Shown in pieces: positions 20,243 through 29,545 of a stretch of 64,000 nt of DNA. Numbering within the stretch: the first letter of the stretch is position 1; each line of letters starts with the position of its first letter. Both the position numbers and the translations under genes were made by a program. The notes under the pieces are model-generated. The model ran no database searches. It was not told the DNA's origin and saw nothing but the letters and a program-made list of their open reading frames with translations. The stretch spans positions 64,001 through 128,000 of the forward strand of contig CAVSGI010000012.1 in the NCBI GenBank assembly GCA_963727445.1, written 5' to 3'. This DNA is from an uncultured delta proteobacterium (lineage in GTDB: Bacteria > Myxococcota_A > Polyangia > Polyangiales > B10-G4).

Positions 20243-20923
20243 ATGCGTCGATCTCGATGCAGAAGATGGCTCGTGATCGCGGCGTGCGCGCTCGTCGTCA
20301 CGAGCGCCTGCAGCGACGAAGCGCCCGCGAAGGACGCCGAGGTCAGCGACGCTGGTGACAGCGGCCGTGGGGACGCGGACGCGCGTGTGGCGGATGCGAG
20401 CGCACGAGACGGGAGCACGCCACCGATGGACGCACGGGTGGACGGCTCCGATGCAGCTCCCGACGCGCGGACCGACGCCTCTGTCGACGCCTGGATGGAC
20501 GCTGAGTTCGATGCGCCGGCCGATGCGCCGGCCGACGCGCCGGCCGACGCGCCGGCCGACGCGCTCGGCGCGGACGGCGCCACGGCGGACGCGGCCATCG
20601 ACGCCGCCCTGCCGTGCCCGACCCTCGATGCACTCACGGCCATGCCTGGCGACGACATCGGGGGAGACACGTGGACGACCTATGCGCGCGGGTTCTTCGC
20701 CACCTACTGCACGCGTTGTCACTCCTCGACGCGGATCACCGACGCGGATCGCATGGGCGCTCCCGCGGGCCTCGACTGGGACGTCGAATCCGCCGTGCGG
20801 GCCGAGCTCGTCCGCATTCGCTGGGACGTGGGTGTCGGCGAGCGGATGCCGCCGGACGCCCCGCTGCCCACCTGTGAGGAGCGCCTGCGCATCGTGCGTT
20901 GGATCGACGCGGGCGCGCCCTGA
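20243..20923 (+). CDS. monoheme c-type cytochrome lipoprotein
   Basis: Lipobox TSA-C, DAPA repeat linker, CTRCH, distal RMPP, C-terminal WIDAGAP. Confidence 0.8.
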   Translation: MRRSRCRRWLVIAACALVVTSACSDEAPAKDAEVSDAGDSGRGDADARVADASARDGSTPPMDARVDGSDAAPDARTDASVDAWMDAEFDAPADAPADAPADAPADALGADGATADAAIDAALPCPTLDALTAMPGDDIGGDTWTTYARGFFATYCTRCHSSTRITDADRMGAPAGLDWDVESAVRAELVRIRWDVGVGERMPPDAPLPTCEERLRIVRWIDAGAP

Positions 20924-21030
20924 GCCCGCGGACCCGCGAAAGAGATGCGTCTCCGGGTGGCTGCGCGCGCCATGGCGCGGAATTGCGTCGCCTGGTGGCC
21001 GAATGCGGATTCGGCCCTACATCACGCCAC

Positions 21031-21624
21031 GTGAGCGAGAGTAAGAACTTCGGGACGGCGATGATCCACCTCTACCGAGGTGAGCTCGGGCGCCTCACGA
21101 TCTACCGCGTACGACTCGACAAGACGACGAACTGGGCGCTCGGCGCGAGCCTCGCGCTCGTCTCCTACGTCTTCGGCGAGGCGCGGGCGCCGCACTACAT
21201 CCTCTTCCTCGGACTCTTCCTGACTCTGATCTTCGCGTGGCTCGAAGCCCGCCGATTCCAGGACCTGGTGATGGTTCGAAAGCGCGTCCGGGCACTCGAG
21301 GCCGGGTTCTTCTCGAAGATGCTCGAGGAGGAGGCCAACCCCACCTGGAAGGCCGAGCTCCGGCGAAGCCTGTCCGCCCCCACCCCTCCGATCACGCTGC
21401 TGCAGGCGCTCTCGGTCCGCATTCGGCGGAACTACCTCTGGCTCATCGCCGCGCTCTGGCTCGCGTGGTTCGCCAAGGTCGGCTTTTCCTCCGCGCCGTT
21501 CATGGAAGCCGCCCGCATCGGCCCGGTCTCCGGCGTGGTGGTCGTGATCGTCTCCGTCGTTCTCTTCGCCCCCTGGTTCGTCGTGGCGACGCTCTACCAC
21601 GAGCACGAGCACGACCGCGGCTGA
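21031..21624 (+). CDS. DUF2270-like membrane protein
   Basis: MIHLYRGE...RVRLDKTTNWA, EARR and RIRRNYLW motifs; about four TM segments. Confidence 0.8.
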   Translation: MSESKNFGTAMIHLYRGELGRLTIYRVRLDKTTNWALGASLALVSYVFGEARAPHYILFLGLFLTLIFAWLEARRFQDLVMVRKRVRALEAGFFSKMLEEEANPTWKAELRRSLSAPTPPITLLQALSVRIRRNYLWLIAALWLAWFAKVGFSSAPFMEAARIGPVSGVVVVIVSVVLFAPWFVVATLYHEHEHDRG

Positions 21625-21759
21625 GCGCCGGTTGCGTCGCCCGCCATGGCGCCAAGCGCGCCCCCGCGCGCCCATCTCGCATTCCAGGGGCAGCCGACCT
21701 ACCATGCCGGCGCGCGCGCCCGAGGTTGGGGGAGCAGCGGTGACCGACAAGATCGATCC

Positions 21760-23496
21760 ATGCCCGAAACCTGGACCTCGCGCTGGCTGACGGACGCGGC
21801 CGACCCCTTCCTGGTGCTGGCGACGGTGCTGCTGGTCGGTGTCACCTTCGGCGCAATCGCCAAGCGCGTGCGCCTGCCGGCCGTCACCGGTCAGATCGTG
21901 GCCGGGATCGCCATCGGTCGCATGGGGATCCAGCTGTTCCCGGCCGAGGCGGTCTCTGCGATGTACCCGATGACCCAGTTCGCGCTCGGGCTGATGGCGG
22001 TCACCGTGGGTGCGCACCTCAACGTGCGGCGCCTCCGCCACGCTGGCCGGCGGCTCGCCCTCCTCCTCGCGCTCGAGGTGCTGCTGGTCCCGGCCTTCGT
22101 CTTCGCATCCGTCATCTTCTTCCCCGACTTCGACTGGAGCTTCGCGCTCCTCTTGGGGATGCTCGCCATCTCCACCGCGCCGGCGACCATCGTCGCCCTG
22201 GTCAAAGAGACGCGCGCCAAGGGAGTCCTGGTCAAGACGCTCATCGCCGGCGTGGCCCTCGACAACATCGCATGCATCTTTCTCTTCGAGGTCGCGCGCG
22301 CGATCCTCCACACCCACCTCGAGCCCAACGGCGCCGTCGACGCCGCGGGCATCGCCCTGGCCTTCCTGCAGCTCGGGGAGGCGGCGTTCACCGGCGCGGT
22401 GGCGGCCTTCGTCATGGTGATCGTGGGCCGCCTCGTGCAGCGCCACGAGCTGCTCTCGACAGCGGGCCTGCTCGCGATCCTCCTCTGCGTCGGGCTCTCC
22501 AACCACTTGGGCTACTCGGCGATGCTCTCGTGCCTCTTTCTCGGCCTCACGCAGGCGAACGTCACGCGGAGTCGTGACCAGGTCGTCGATGCGCTCTTCA
22601 CGAGCTTCGAGCCGGCCATCCTCGCGGTCTTCTTCACCCTCGCCGGCATGGAGCTCTCGCTCGATCACGCGGCGAGGGCGGGGTTGATGGCCGTGGCGTT
22701 CTTCGGTGCGCGCATGTCCGCCAAGGTCCTCGCCGGCCGCCTCTCCATGCGGCTCGGCGGTGCGCCGGACCGGGTGCGCCAGAACCTCGGCTTGGCGATG
22801 GTGCCGCAGGCGGGGATCGCCGTCGGCCTGGTGCTGGTGCTCGGCGAGGATCGCCGGATCACCGAGTTGGCCGGAGATACGGTGGAGCTCTTCGTGGCCG
22901 CGGTGCTGACGGGGGTGGTCCTCAACGAGCTCTTCGGTCCCCTGCTCACGCGCCTCGCCCTCGGGCGCTCCGGAGAGACGGGTCACGACCGGCTCCGGTT
23001 GATGGACTTCATTCACGAAGAGAACATCATCACCGACTTCCGTCCCTCCTCGCCGCGCGAGGCGATCGAGCAGCTCACCGACTTGATGATCAGCTCTCAC
23101 CACTTGCCGTCCGAGTCTCGCGACGCCCTGTTGACGGCGTTCCTCGAGCGCGAAGAGTCCGAGTCGACGGCGCTCGGCGGCGGAATCGCCGTCCCGCACG
23201 GCGAGCTGCCCGACGCCACCACGACGGTGGGCGTGATGGGCATCAGCGAGGAAGGGCTGCCCTTCGAGTCTCCCGACGGGCGCCCGGTCCATTGCGTCCT
23301 GTTGCTCGCGTTCCCGCCGACCGAGCGCACGCGACACCTGCAGATCCTCGCCATGCTCGCACGTACGATCGGCAGCGACCCGATCATCCAGGCGCAGCTC
23401 TTTCATGCCCGCAGCCCGGCGCACGCCTACGAGGTGCTGCATCACGAGCACGCCGAGGATTTCAACTACTTCATCGACGAGGACGAAGAGAGCTGA
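21760..23496 (+). CDS. cation:proton antiporter fused to a PTS EIIA domain
   Basis: About 12 TM segments with STAPA, ALDN and PQAGIAVGL; C-terminal RE..ESTALGGGIAVPHG. Confidence 0.88.
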   Translation: MPETWTSRWLTDAADPFLVLATVLLVGVTFGAIAKRVRLPAVTGQIVAGIAIGRMGIQLFPAEAVSAMYPMTQFALGLMAVTVGAHLNVRRLRHAGRRLALLLALEVLLVPAFVFASVIFFPDFDWSFALLLGMLAISTAPATIVALVKETRAKGVLVKTLIAGVALDNIACIFLFEVARAILHTHLEPNGAVDAAGIALAFLQLGEAAFTGAVAAFVMVIVGRLVQRHELLSTAGLLAILLCVGLSNHLGYSAMLSCLFLGLTQANVTRSRDQVVDALFTSFEPAILAVFFTLAGMELSLDHAARAGLMAVAFFGARMSAKVLAGRLSMRLGGAPDRVRQNLGLAMVPQAGIAVGLVLVLGEDRRITELAGDTVELFVAAVLTGVVLNELFGPLLTRLALGRSGETGHDRLRLMDFIHEENIITDFRPSSPREAIEQLTDLMISSHHLPSESRDALLTAFLEREESESTALGGGIAVPHGELPDATTTVGVMGISEEGLPFESPDGRPVHCVLLLAFPPTERTRHLQILAMLARTIGSDPIIQAQLFHARSPAHAYEVLHHEHAEDFNYFIDEDEES

Positions 23497-24823
23497 CCCG
23501 GCCGACGAAGAGGATCGCCCCGCTCGTCGTGTCGCGGATGAAGAAGAGGAAGGGGTGGTCCGCGCGAAAGACGGCGGGCTCGGAAGGACGCGCACCACGG
23601 GTGGCCATGACCACGGCGGTCGCGGCCGCGGCCTCGGTGCCCTCTTCGTCGACCTTCACGAAGGCTTCGTGGAAACAGTCGCTGATGTAGAGCTCATCGG
23701 CGGCGTCGGGCGGAGCGGCCATGCCCGTGAAGTCGGCGCGGTCCCGGTCGAAGGGCAGCTCCATGCCCATGGCGATCAGCGCGTCCTTCAGCGGGATGCG
23801 CGCGTTCGAGAGCTCGAAGCGCGGAAGGAAGACCTGCGTGCGCTGGACCGAAGTGGCCGCGAGCCACCCGTCGAGACGCTCCTGGCTCAGCGCGCTCTCG
23901 ATGGCTGTGAGGCCGTTCCGCTCGCGCGGCAGCACCACGGTCATCGCCAGCTCGTCGCCCACGTAGGGCATCTGCAGGACCTGCACCCCGTCGGCCTCGC
24001 CATAGGCGAAGGACTCCGTCTGCTGCATGGTCGCGACCTCGGTCGTGGCGCCGTCGCTCGCGTAGAAAGGCTGCTGCGAGGTCGCGGCCGCGTCGAAGGC
24101 GTGATCCCATTTGCCGAGGAAATACACCGCGTTGACCAGGACCAGGCGTGTGAGGTCGTCGATCGACCCGGTTGGGAGAAGGTCCTCGATGCGGTCGTTG
24201 GTCTGCTCCATGACCCAGCCGTTGATGTGCTCGCGCTGCGCCTCCGGGTCGCTCACGAAGCTCACGCCCTGTAAGGGTGCCCGGTAGCGGTCGCGGGTGA
24301 GGGCGACGAACTCGGGGACGAAGGTGTAGCTCTCCTCGCCGAAGAGGCGATTGACCACGCGGAGCTCGTAGGTCTCGCGCTCCGGATCGTTCCAGCTGGC
24401 CAGGATTCGGCTCGCCGACTCGTGGACCGCGTTGGCGTCGTCCGGCAGGCGCAGGACGTCCTTCATCTGCGTCGCGGTCTCCCCGCGCGCGCCCGCATAG
24501 GTCATCGCGAAGGCGAGTGAGATGCTCGCCGGCGAATAGGCGAGGTTGCCTTCTTCACCCCGAACCTTCTGATAGAGGTCGAAGGCGAACGCGTTGCTCG
24601 AGGCCGCGAAGCCCTGGAGCTGCTCCGCGGAGGGCGCGGCGATGGCCGTCGCAGGCCCTTCTTCGGCGGGGCCGGGCTCGGCCTCGGCGGGCTCCGCCTC
24701 GGTCTCGGCGGAGATCGTCTCGGGCGGCGGCGTTTCGCTGGCCGCACTGCCGCAGCTCGAGCACCCGACCGAGAGGAGGAGGGCGGGGAGGGCGAGGTGA
24801 ATCAGGCGCACGAGTTTCTCCAT
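23471..24823 (-). CDS. serpin family lipoprotein
   Basis: NLAYSPASI, GARGET, LVNAVYFLGKW, hinge VDEEGTEAAAAT, FRADHPFLFFI. Confidence 0.95.
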   Translation of the reverse strand: MEKLVRLIHLALPALLLSVGCSSCGSAASETPPPETISAETEAEPAEAEPGPAEEGPATAIAAPSAEQLQGFAASSNAFAFDLYQKVRGEEGNLAYSPASISLAFAMTYAGARGETATQMKDVLRLPDDANAVHESASRILASWNDPERETYELRVVNRLFGEESYTFVPEFVALTRDRYRAPLQGVSFVSDPEAQREHINGWVMEQTNDRIEDLLPTGSIDDLTRLVLVNAVYFLGKWDHAFDAAATSQQPFYASDGATTEVATMQQTESFAYGEADGVQVLQMPYVGDELAMTVVLPRERNGLTAIESALSQERLDGWLAATSVQRTQVFLPRFELSNARIPLKDALIAMGMELPFDRDRADFTGMAAPPDAADELYISDCFHEAFVKVDEEGTEAAAATAVVMATRGARPSEPAVFRADHPFLFFIRDTTSGAILFVGRVSSLRPRR

Positions 24824-24923
24824 TGTCTCATGAGACGGACGAGCTGCGAATACGACCTATCGCAATCCCGCGGCTTTGGGTACTCGGCGGCCCGCGGTGC
24901 CGGATCGCCGCGCGCATCGCACG

Positions 24924-26807
24924 TCACAATCCGAGACCGGCCGCTGGCTCCGGAACCGGGAGGCTCGTCGAGTCGAGGTTGCTGCCGTTGTCACGGTACA
25001 GGACGCCGTCGGTCAGTCGGGTGAGGTCGTAGTCTGCGACCTGAACGCACGCGCCGAGGTCGTTGTCGGTGATCTCGCCGGCTTCGAGGTCGAGGTCGGA
25101 TGCCTCGGCCACGTGCACGCCGCAGACCGGCGACCCACGGACGACGAAGCTGCGTACGACGACGGCGCTCGACTCGTACGCACCGATCCCAGCGGCGACG
25201 GAAACGGTGCAGTCGGTCCCAGCACACGAAGGCTCGAGGTCGCTCACCTCGACCTCGGACACCGTGACGCGCGTTCCCGAGCCGAAGCCGGCGATACCGA
25301 GCTCGCCCACGTGGGTGACCCGGACGCGCGTGAGCTCCACGATGCTGTTCGACTCGGCCCCGATCCCGCGAGCGATGTCGCCTCTGAGGTCGTCCCCCCG
25401 GGTGTCCTGCACGACCACGTCTTCACCGCTGACCATCGACCCGAGCGCCTGAAGGCCGACCTCGCGGTTGTGTTCGGAGAGCACGCGCGTCAACGTGAGC
25501 GTCGCACCCCCCTGCGCCTGGATGCCTCGTCCGTTGCTCCCGTTTGGGCGCCCGCTCGCGTCGCGCGCGACGACGTCCTCGAGTGAGAGTGTCGCCGCTT
25601 CGACCAGTACGTTCGCCTCGGCGTTCTCCGTGAGGAGGACCCGTCGCGCTTCGCAGGTCGCCCCTTCTTCGAGGCCCAGCCCGAATCCGGTGGTTTCGTC
25701 GTCCTCGTAGACCTGCGTTCCCTGGATGACCGAATCTTCGACGACGATCCGTGACCCCTCGTCGAAGGCGCCGAGCCCGGCGCCGCGGTTGTTCGACACG
25801 ACCGAGCGGCGCACCTCCGCCGTTCCAGCGGACTGCACCAGGATGCCCTCCCCGAAGGACCCATCGGCCATCTGGGGCAACGTGCCCTCGAGCAACGAGT
25901 CCTCGAGCGTCAGAGCGCTGTCCTCGCCGACGAAGATGGCCTCCGAGCGCGCACCCTCGAAGACAGCGCGCACGATGTTCGCCGTGCCGCCGTACTCGAG
26001 GTCGACGCCCCGCCCGAAGCGCCCGTCCGTGCGCGAGCGCATCCCTCGAACGATGAGGTCCTGGGCTTCGAGGTGCGCCCCTTCGATCACGCCGATCCCC
26101 GTGAACCGAACGCTCTCGATGAGCACCGAGTCGACGTGGAGCGTCGTCGCAGCCTGCTGGCCCAGGATCGCGCTTCCTTCGGCGTCACGAATCGAGAGGT
26201 TCGCGACCGTCACCTCAGCGCCGTCGACGCTCAGGACCGGAACGTCGTTGGCGGTGTTGGTGAGCACCGTCCGCTCCGGACAGACGCCCCGCAAGGTGAG
26301 CTGTCGCAGCGGCGCGACGGCCTCGTCGTAGGTGCCCGGCCCGACGAGGATGGTGGCGTCGAAGGCCGCCGCTCGGACGGCCTCGCGGATCGAGCCGTAG
26401 GGAGCGGCACGGCTTCCGTCGCCCCCGGTGGCGCCAGCGAGAACGAAGATCGCGTCGGCGGGTGCGTCGTCCGGGAAGTCGCCGGTGGGGCAGGGCGTCC
26501 CGATCGCCCGACAACCCGGCTCACCCGGGAAGTGCGCCTCCACCCCCGTGCATTCCGCCCGTCCGGTCTCCGGCCACGGCGAGCAGGTGGTCGCCGACTC
26601 GCTGGTCTCCTCGCGCCAGCCCGGCTGACACGGGGTGAGCACCGGCGGCGCCGGTGACTCGGGAACGACTTCGCTCGTCGCGTCCGGCGGCCCTGCATCC
26701 GGCATCGCACCGTCGGTTTCGATCGCGTCGTCCCCACACCCTGCCCACACGAGGACGAGCGTCAGGATCGACGCATTCGACCATCGAAGACGCTGGCAGC
26801 ACCCCAC
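24924..26807 (-). CDS. right-handed beta-helix repeat lipoprotein, paralogue of 1946-4222
   Basis: Lipobox WAG-C; shares EAHFPGE.GCR.IG.PCP.GD, GGDGS.AAPY and GACVQV..YDL.RL motifs. Start uncertain. Confidence 0.8.
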   Translation of the reverse strand: MGCCQRLRWSNASILTLVLVWAGCGDDAIETDGAMPDAGPPDATSEVVPESPAPPVLTPCQPGWREETSESATTCSPWPETGRAECTGVEAHFPGEPGCRAIGTPCPTGDFPDDAPADAIFVLAGATGGDGSRAAPYGSIREAVRAAAFDATILVGPGTYDEAVAPLRQLTLRGVCPERTVLTNTANDVPVLSVDGAEVTVANLSIRDAEGSAILGQQAATTLHVDSVLIESVRFTGIGVIEGAHLEAQDLIVRGMRSRTDGRFGRGVDLEYGGTANIVRAVFEGARSEAIFVGEDSALTLEDSLLEGTLPQMADGSFGEGILVQSAGTAEVRRSVVSNNRGAGLGAFDEGSRIVVEDSVIQGTQVYEDDETTGFGLGLEEGATCEARRVLLTENAEANVLVEAATLSLEDVVARDASGRPNGSNGRGIQAQGGATLTLTRVLSEHNREVGLQALGSMVSGEDVVVQDTRGDDLRGDIARGIGAESNSIVELTRVRVTHVGELGIAGFGSGTRVTVSEVEVSDLEPSCAGTDCTVSVAAGIGAYESSAVVVRSFVVRGSPVCGVHVAEASDLDLEAGEITDNDLGACVQVADYDLTRLTDGVLYRDNGSNLDSTSLPVPEPAAGLGL

Positions 26808-26862
26808 GTGGCGCGATCCTAACACCGCGGCGCCCCGATCTGTTCTAAGCTCGCGCCCGACG

Positions 26863-28023
26863 ATGTCGGCCATTCGCGTCTGCACGGCCACGCTGATGGT
26901 GGCGCTCTTCGCTGTGACCGGTTGCTTCACGAGCCACGACGGCGACGCGCTTCCCTACCTGCCGCCGACCGGTCCATGCGATCCCGAGGCGCCGGCCTAC
27001 GCGCCTCCGCGCTGCACCGGCCCCGGGCGATGCGTCGACATCCTCTTCGTCGTCGACAACCGCGAGTCGATGCTCGAAGAGCAGGTCTCCCTCTTCGACA
27101 CCGTGCCGACGCTGGTCACCGCGCTCTTGAGCGGCGACGTCGATGGCGACGGCACGTTCGACATCACGCCGGTTCACGATCTGCATTTCGCGGCCATCAC
27201 CGCCGACCTCGGCAGCGGCGGGACCTTCGTCGACGGATGCCTCAGCCCCGACTTCGGGGATGACGCAATCCTCGGCCGTGGTCGCACGGGTCGCCTCAGC
27301 GACGTCTGCGGGCTCGACATTCCGCCCTTCCTCGTCTGGACGCCGGGGGACGACCTCGACAGCTATCGCGTCGACGCGGCTTGCTCGGTCACGATGGGCA
27401 TTTTCGGTTGTCCCTACGCCCAACCCCTCGACGCTGCGCTCAAGGCGCTCTCGGAGAGCCGCGCTCCCCCGCGCTTCTATCGAGACTCCTGCGGTCACGC
27501 GGACGGCGCCAACGCCGGCTTCCTCCGCCGAGATTCGGTCCTGGTGGTCTTCCTGGTCAGCGATCACGACGACTGCTCGGTCCAGGACCCCACCTTCTTC
27601 GCGGACGCCTCCGGCCGCATGGAGGACCCGGGCTTGGTCTGTGACGACATGAGCGACCGACTGCACGATCCGCGGCGTTACGTCGACGGGCTCTCCGCGC
27701 TCAGGAGCGACCCCCTCGACCTGATCGTCGTGCCCATCGTGGGCCTGCCGCTCGCGCTCGCGCCACGACCCGGCCAGCCGCCGCACTACGACGAGATCCT
27801 CGCTGACGACGCGATGCAGGTACGTCCCGACCCCCGGGATCCCACGCGCCTCGCCCCCTCCTGCACGGTCGCCGGCCGCGGCCCGTCCTTTCCGCCGCGC
27901 CGGTACCTGCAGATGGCCCAGGCCCTCGACTCACAGGGTGCGGTCGTCCTGCCTCAATCCGTCTGCGCGGACGGGACCGCCGCGGTGGCCAGCACCATCG
28001 AGGCCGTCGCCGACCGGCTCTGA
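26863..28023 (+). CDS. myxobacterial vWA-like lipoprotein
   Basis: Lipobox VTG-C, DILFVVDN.ESM.EEQ (degenerate MIDAS), GFLRRDSVLVV..SD.DDCS. Confidence 0.75.
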   Translation: MSAIRVCTATLMVALFAVTGCFTSHDGDALPYLPPTGPCDPEAPAYAPPRCTGPGRCVDILFVVDNRESMLEEQVSLFDTVPTLVTALLSGDVDGDGTFDITPVHDLHFAAITADLGSGGTFVDGCLSPDFGDDAILGRGRTGRLSDVCGLDIPPFLVWTPGDDLDSYRVDAACSVTMGIFGCPYAQPLDAALKALSESRAPPRFYRDSCGHADGANAGFLRRDSVLVVFLVSDHDDCSVQDPTFFADASGRMEDPGLVCDDMSDRLHDPRRYVDGLSALRSDPLDLIVVPIVGLPLALAPRPGQPPHYDEILADDAMQVRPDPRDPTRLAPSCTVAGRGPSFPPRRYLQMAQALDSQGAVVLPQSVCADGTAAVASTIEAVADRL

Positions 28024-28066
28024 GATGTTGCGCTCGCCACCTGGCGCGCGCATAACGGGCTCCCCG

Positions 28067-29257
28067 ATGGCTGACGAAGATCGCGACGAGAGCCCCGAGA
28101 GGTTCTCCGACAACGTCGTTCACCTTCGTCACGAAGGCCGTGACATCTACATCGTCGGCACCGCGCACATCTCGAAGAAGAGCGTGGACGAGGTGCGGGA
28201 GGTGATCCGCGCCCTCGAGCCCGACACCGTCTGCGTCGAGCTCGACGAGATGCGCTTGAGCTCTCTCACCGACGCTACCCGCTGGCAGAAGCTCGACATC
28301 TTCCAGGTCATCAAGGAGAAGAAGGTCCTCTTCTTGATGACGAGCCTCGTGCTCTCCGCCTATCAGCGGCGCCTGGGTGATGCGCTGGGCGTCAAACCCG
28401 GTGCAGAGATGCTGGCTGCGGTGGAGGAGGCGGAGAAGATCGACGCCGAGCTCGTGCTCGCCGACCGCGACATCCAGGCGACCCTCAAGCGCACCTGGCG
28501 GAGCCTCTCCTTCTGGAACAAGTCGAAGGTGATCGGCAGCCTGGTCGGAAGCTTCTTCGCCGCCGGCGAGATCTCCGAGGAGCAGATCGAGGAGCTCAAG
28601 GATCGCGACGCCATCTCGGACATGATGAAGGAGTTCGCCAAGCAGCTTCCTCAGGTGCAGCGGCCCCTGATCGACGAGCGCGACAAATACCTCATCGCCT
28701 CCATCCGCGAGGCCCCGGGAAAGACCATCGTCGCCGTGGTGGGCGCGGGTCACGTCGATGGCATGGTGGGTTACATCGACGCCGAGGTCGATCGCGAGGA
28801 GCTGAGCAAGATCCCGCCGCCCTCGAAGATCGCGGACGTGCTCAAGTGGGTCATCCCGCTGATCGTTCTCGCCGCCTTCTACAAGGGCTATCACGATCAT
28901 CAGGAGCAGGGCCTGCGCGAGATGATCTACGCGTGGATCCTCCCCAACTCGGTCGCTGCGGGCGTGCTCGCGGTGGTGGCGTTGGCCAAACCGCTCACCG
29001 TGCTCACCAGCATGATCGCGTCGCCGATCACCTCGCTCAATCCAACCATCCCCGTGGGTGTGGTCACTGGCCTGGTCGAGGCGCATCTGCGCAAGCCGAC
29101 GGTGGCGGACTGCGAGAAGATCCCCGAGGACACCAAGACCTGGCGCGGGATCTACAGAAACCAGTTCACGCGGGTGCTCCTGGTCGCGACGCTGACCACC
29201 ATCGGGTCGGCGGCCGGCGCCTGGATCGGCGCGTACTGGGTGGTTTCGCTCTTGTAG
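28067..29257 (+). CDS. TraB/GumN (PrgY) family protein
   Basis: VGTAHIS, PDTVCVELD, KPGAEM, LADRDIQ, LIDERD, VVGAGH and C-terminal TM segments. Confidence 0.92.
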   Translation: MADEDRDESPERFSDNVVHLRHEGRDIYIVGTAHISKKSVDEVREVIRALEPDTVCVELDEMRLSSLTDATRWQKLDIFQVIKEKKVLFLMTSLVLSAYQRRLGDALGVKPGAEMLAAVEEAEKIDAELVLADRDIQATLKRTWRSLSFWNKSKVIGSLVGSFFAAGEISEEQIEELKDRDAISDMMKEFAKQLPQVQRPLIDERDKYLIASIREAPGKTIVAVVGAGHVDGMVGYIDAEVDREELSKIPPPSKIADVLKWVIPLIVLAAFYKGYHDHQEQGLREMIYAWILPNSVAAGVLAVVALAKPLTVLTSMIASPITSLNPTIPVGVVTGLVEAHLRKPTVADCEKIPEDTKTWRGIYRNQFTRVLLVATLTTIGSAAGAWIGAYWVVSLL

Positions 29258-29269
29258 CCGCGCGGCCGG

Positions 29270-29522
29270 TCAGCCGTCGGCCGCGATCAGCTTCTCGACG
29301 AGCGCCACGTACGCCTGCTTGGCGTCGTCCTGGCTCATCCCCTTGCGCCCGGCCCAGGCGTCGTACTTCGCGCGCCCCTTCACGTCGAGCATGCCTGGAC
29401 GCTTGCCGCTGACGTCCCCTTCGGTGCCCTGCTTGAAGAGTGCGTAGAGCTCGAGCAGCTTGTCGTTGCCCGGGCTCTTGCTCGAGATCCTTCACCTTGA
29501 CCTGCGCTTCGTCGAAATCCAT
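29270..29522 (-). CDS. acyl-CoA-binding protein, with apparent frameshift near 29485
   Basis: After a +1 shift reads SKSPGNDKLLELYALFKQGTEGDVSGKRPGMLDVKGRAKYDAW, the ACBP signature. Confidence 0.85.
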
Positions 29523-29545
29523 CGCTCTCCCCTCGCTCTGGCTTC

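Noticed and set aside
20510..20562. 12-bp DAPA repeat (and the GACACG hexamer run near 6550-6575) as phase-variation loci
   Set aside because: Unit lengths are multiples of 3 within low-complexity linkers, so slippage would not switch expression.
20973..20986. sigma-54 promoter TGGCGCGGAATTGC
   Set aside because: Spacing is GG-N9-GC, one base short of the required N10.
28067..29257. conjugative element suggested by the name TraB
   Set aside because: This is the chromosomal TraB/GumN family; no relaxase, T4SS or integrase nearby.
29470..29500. programmed frameshifting in ACBP (also activator ~62120 and MATE ~63710)
   Set aside because: No slippery sequences seen; matches the indel error pattern found in atpA.
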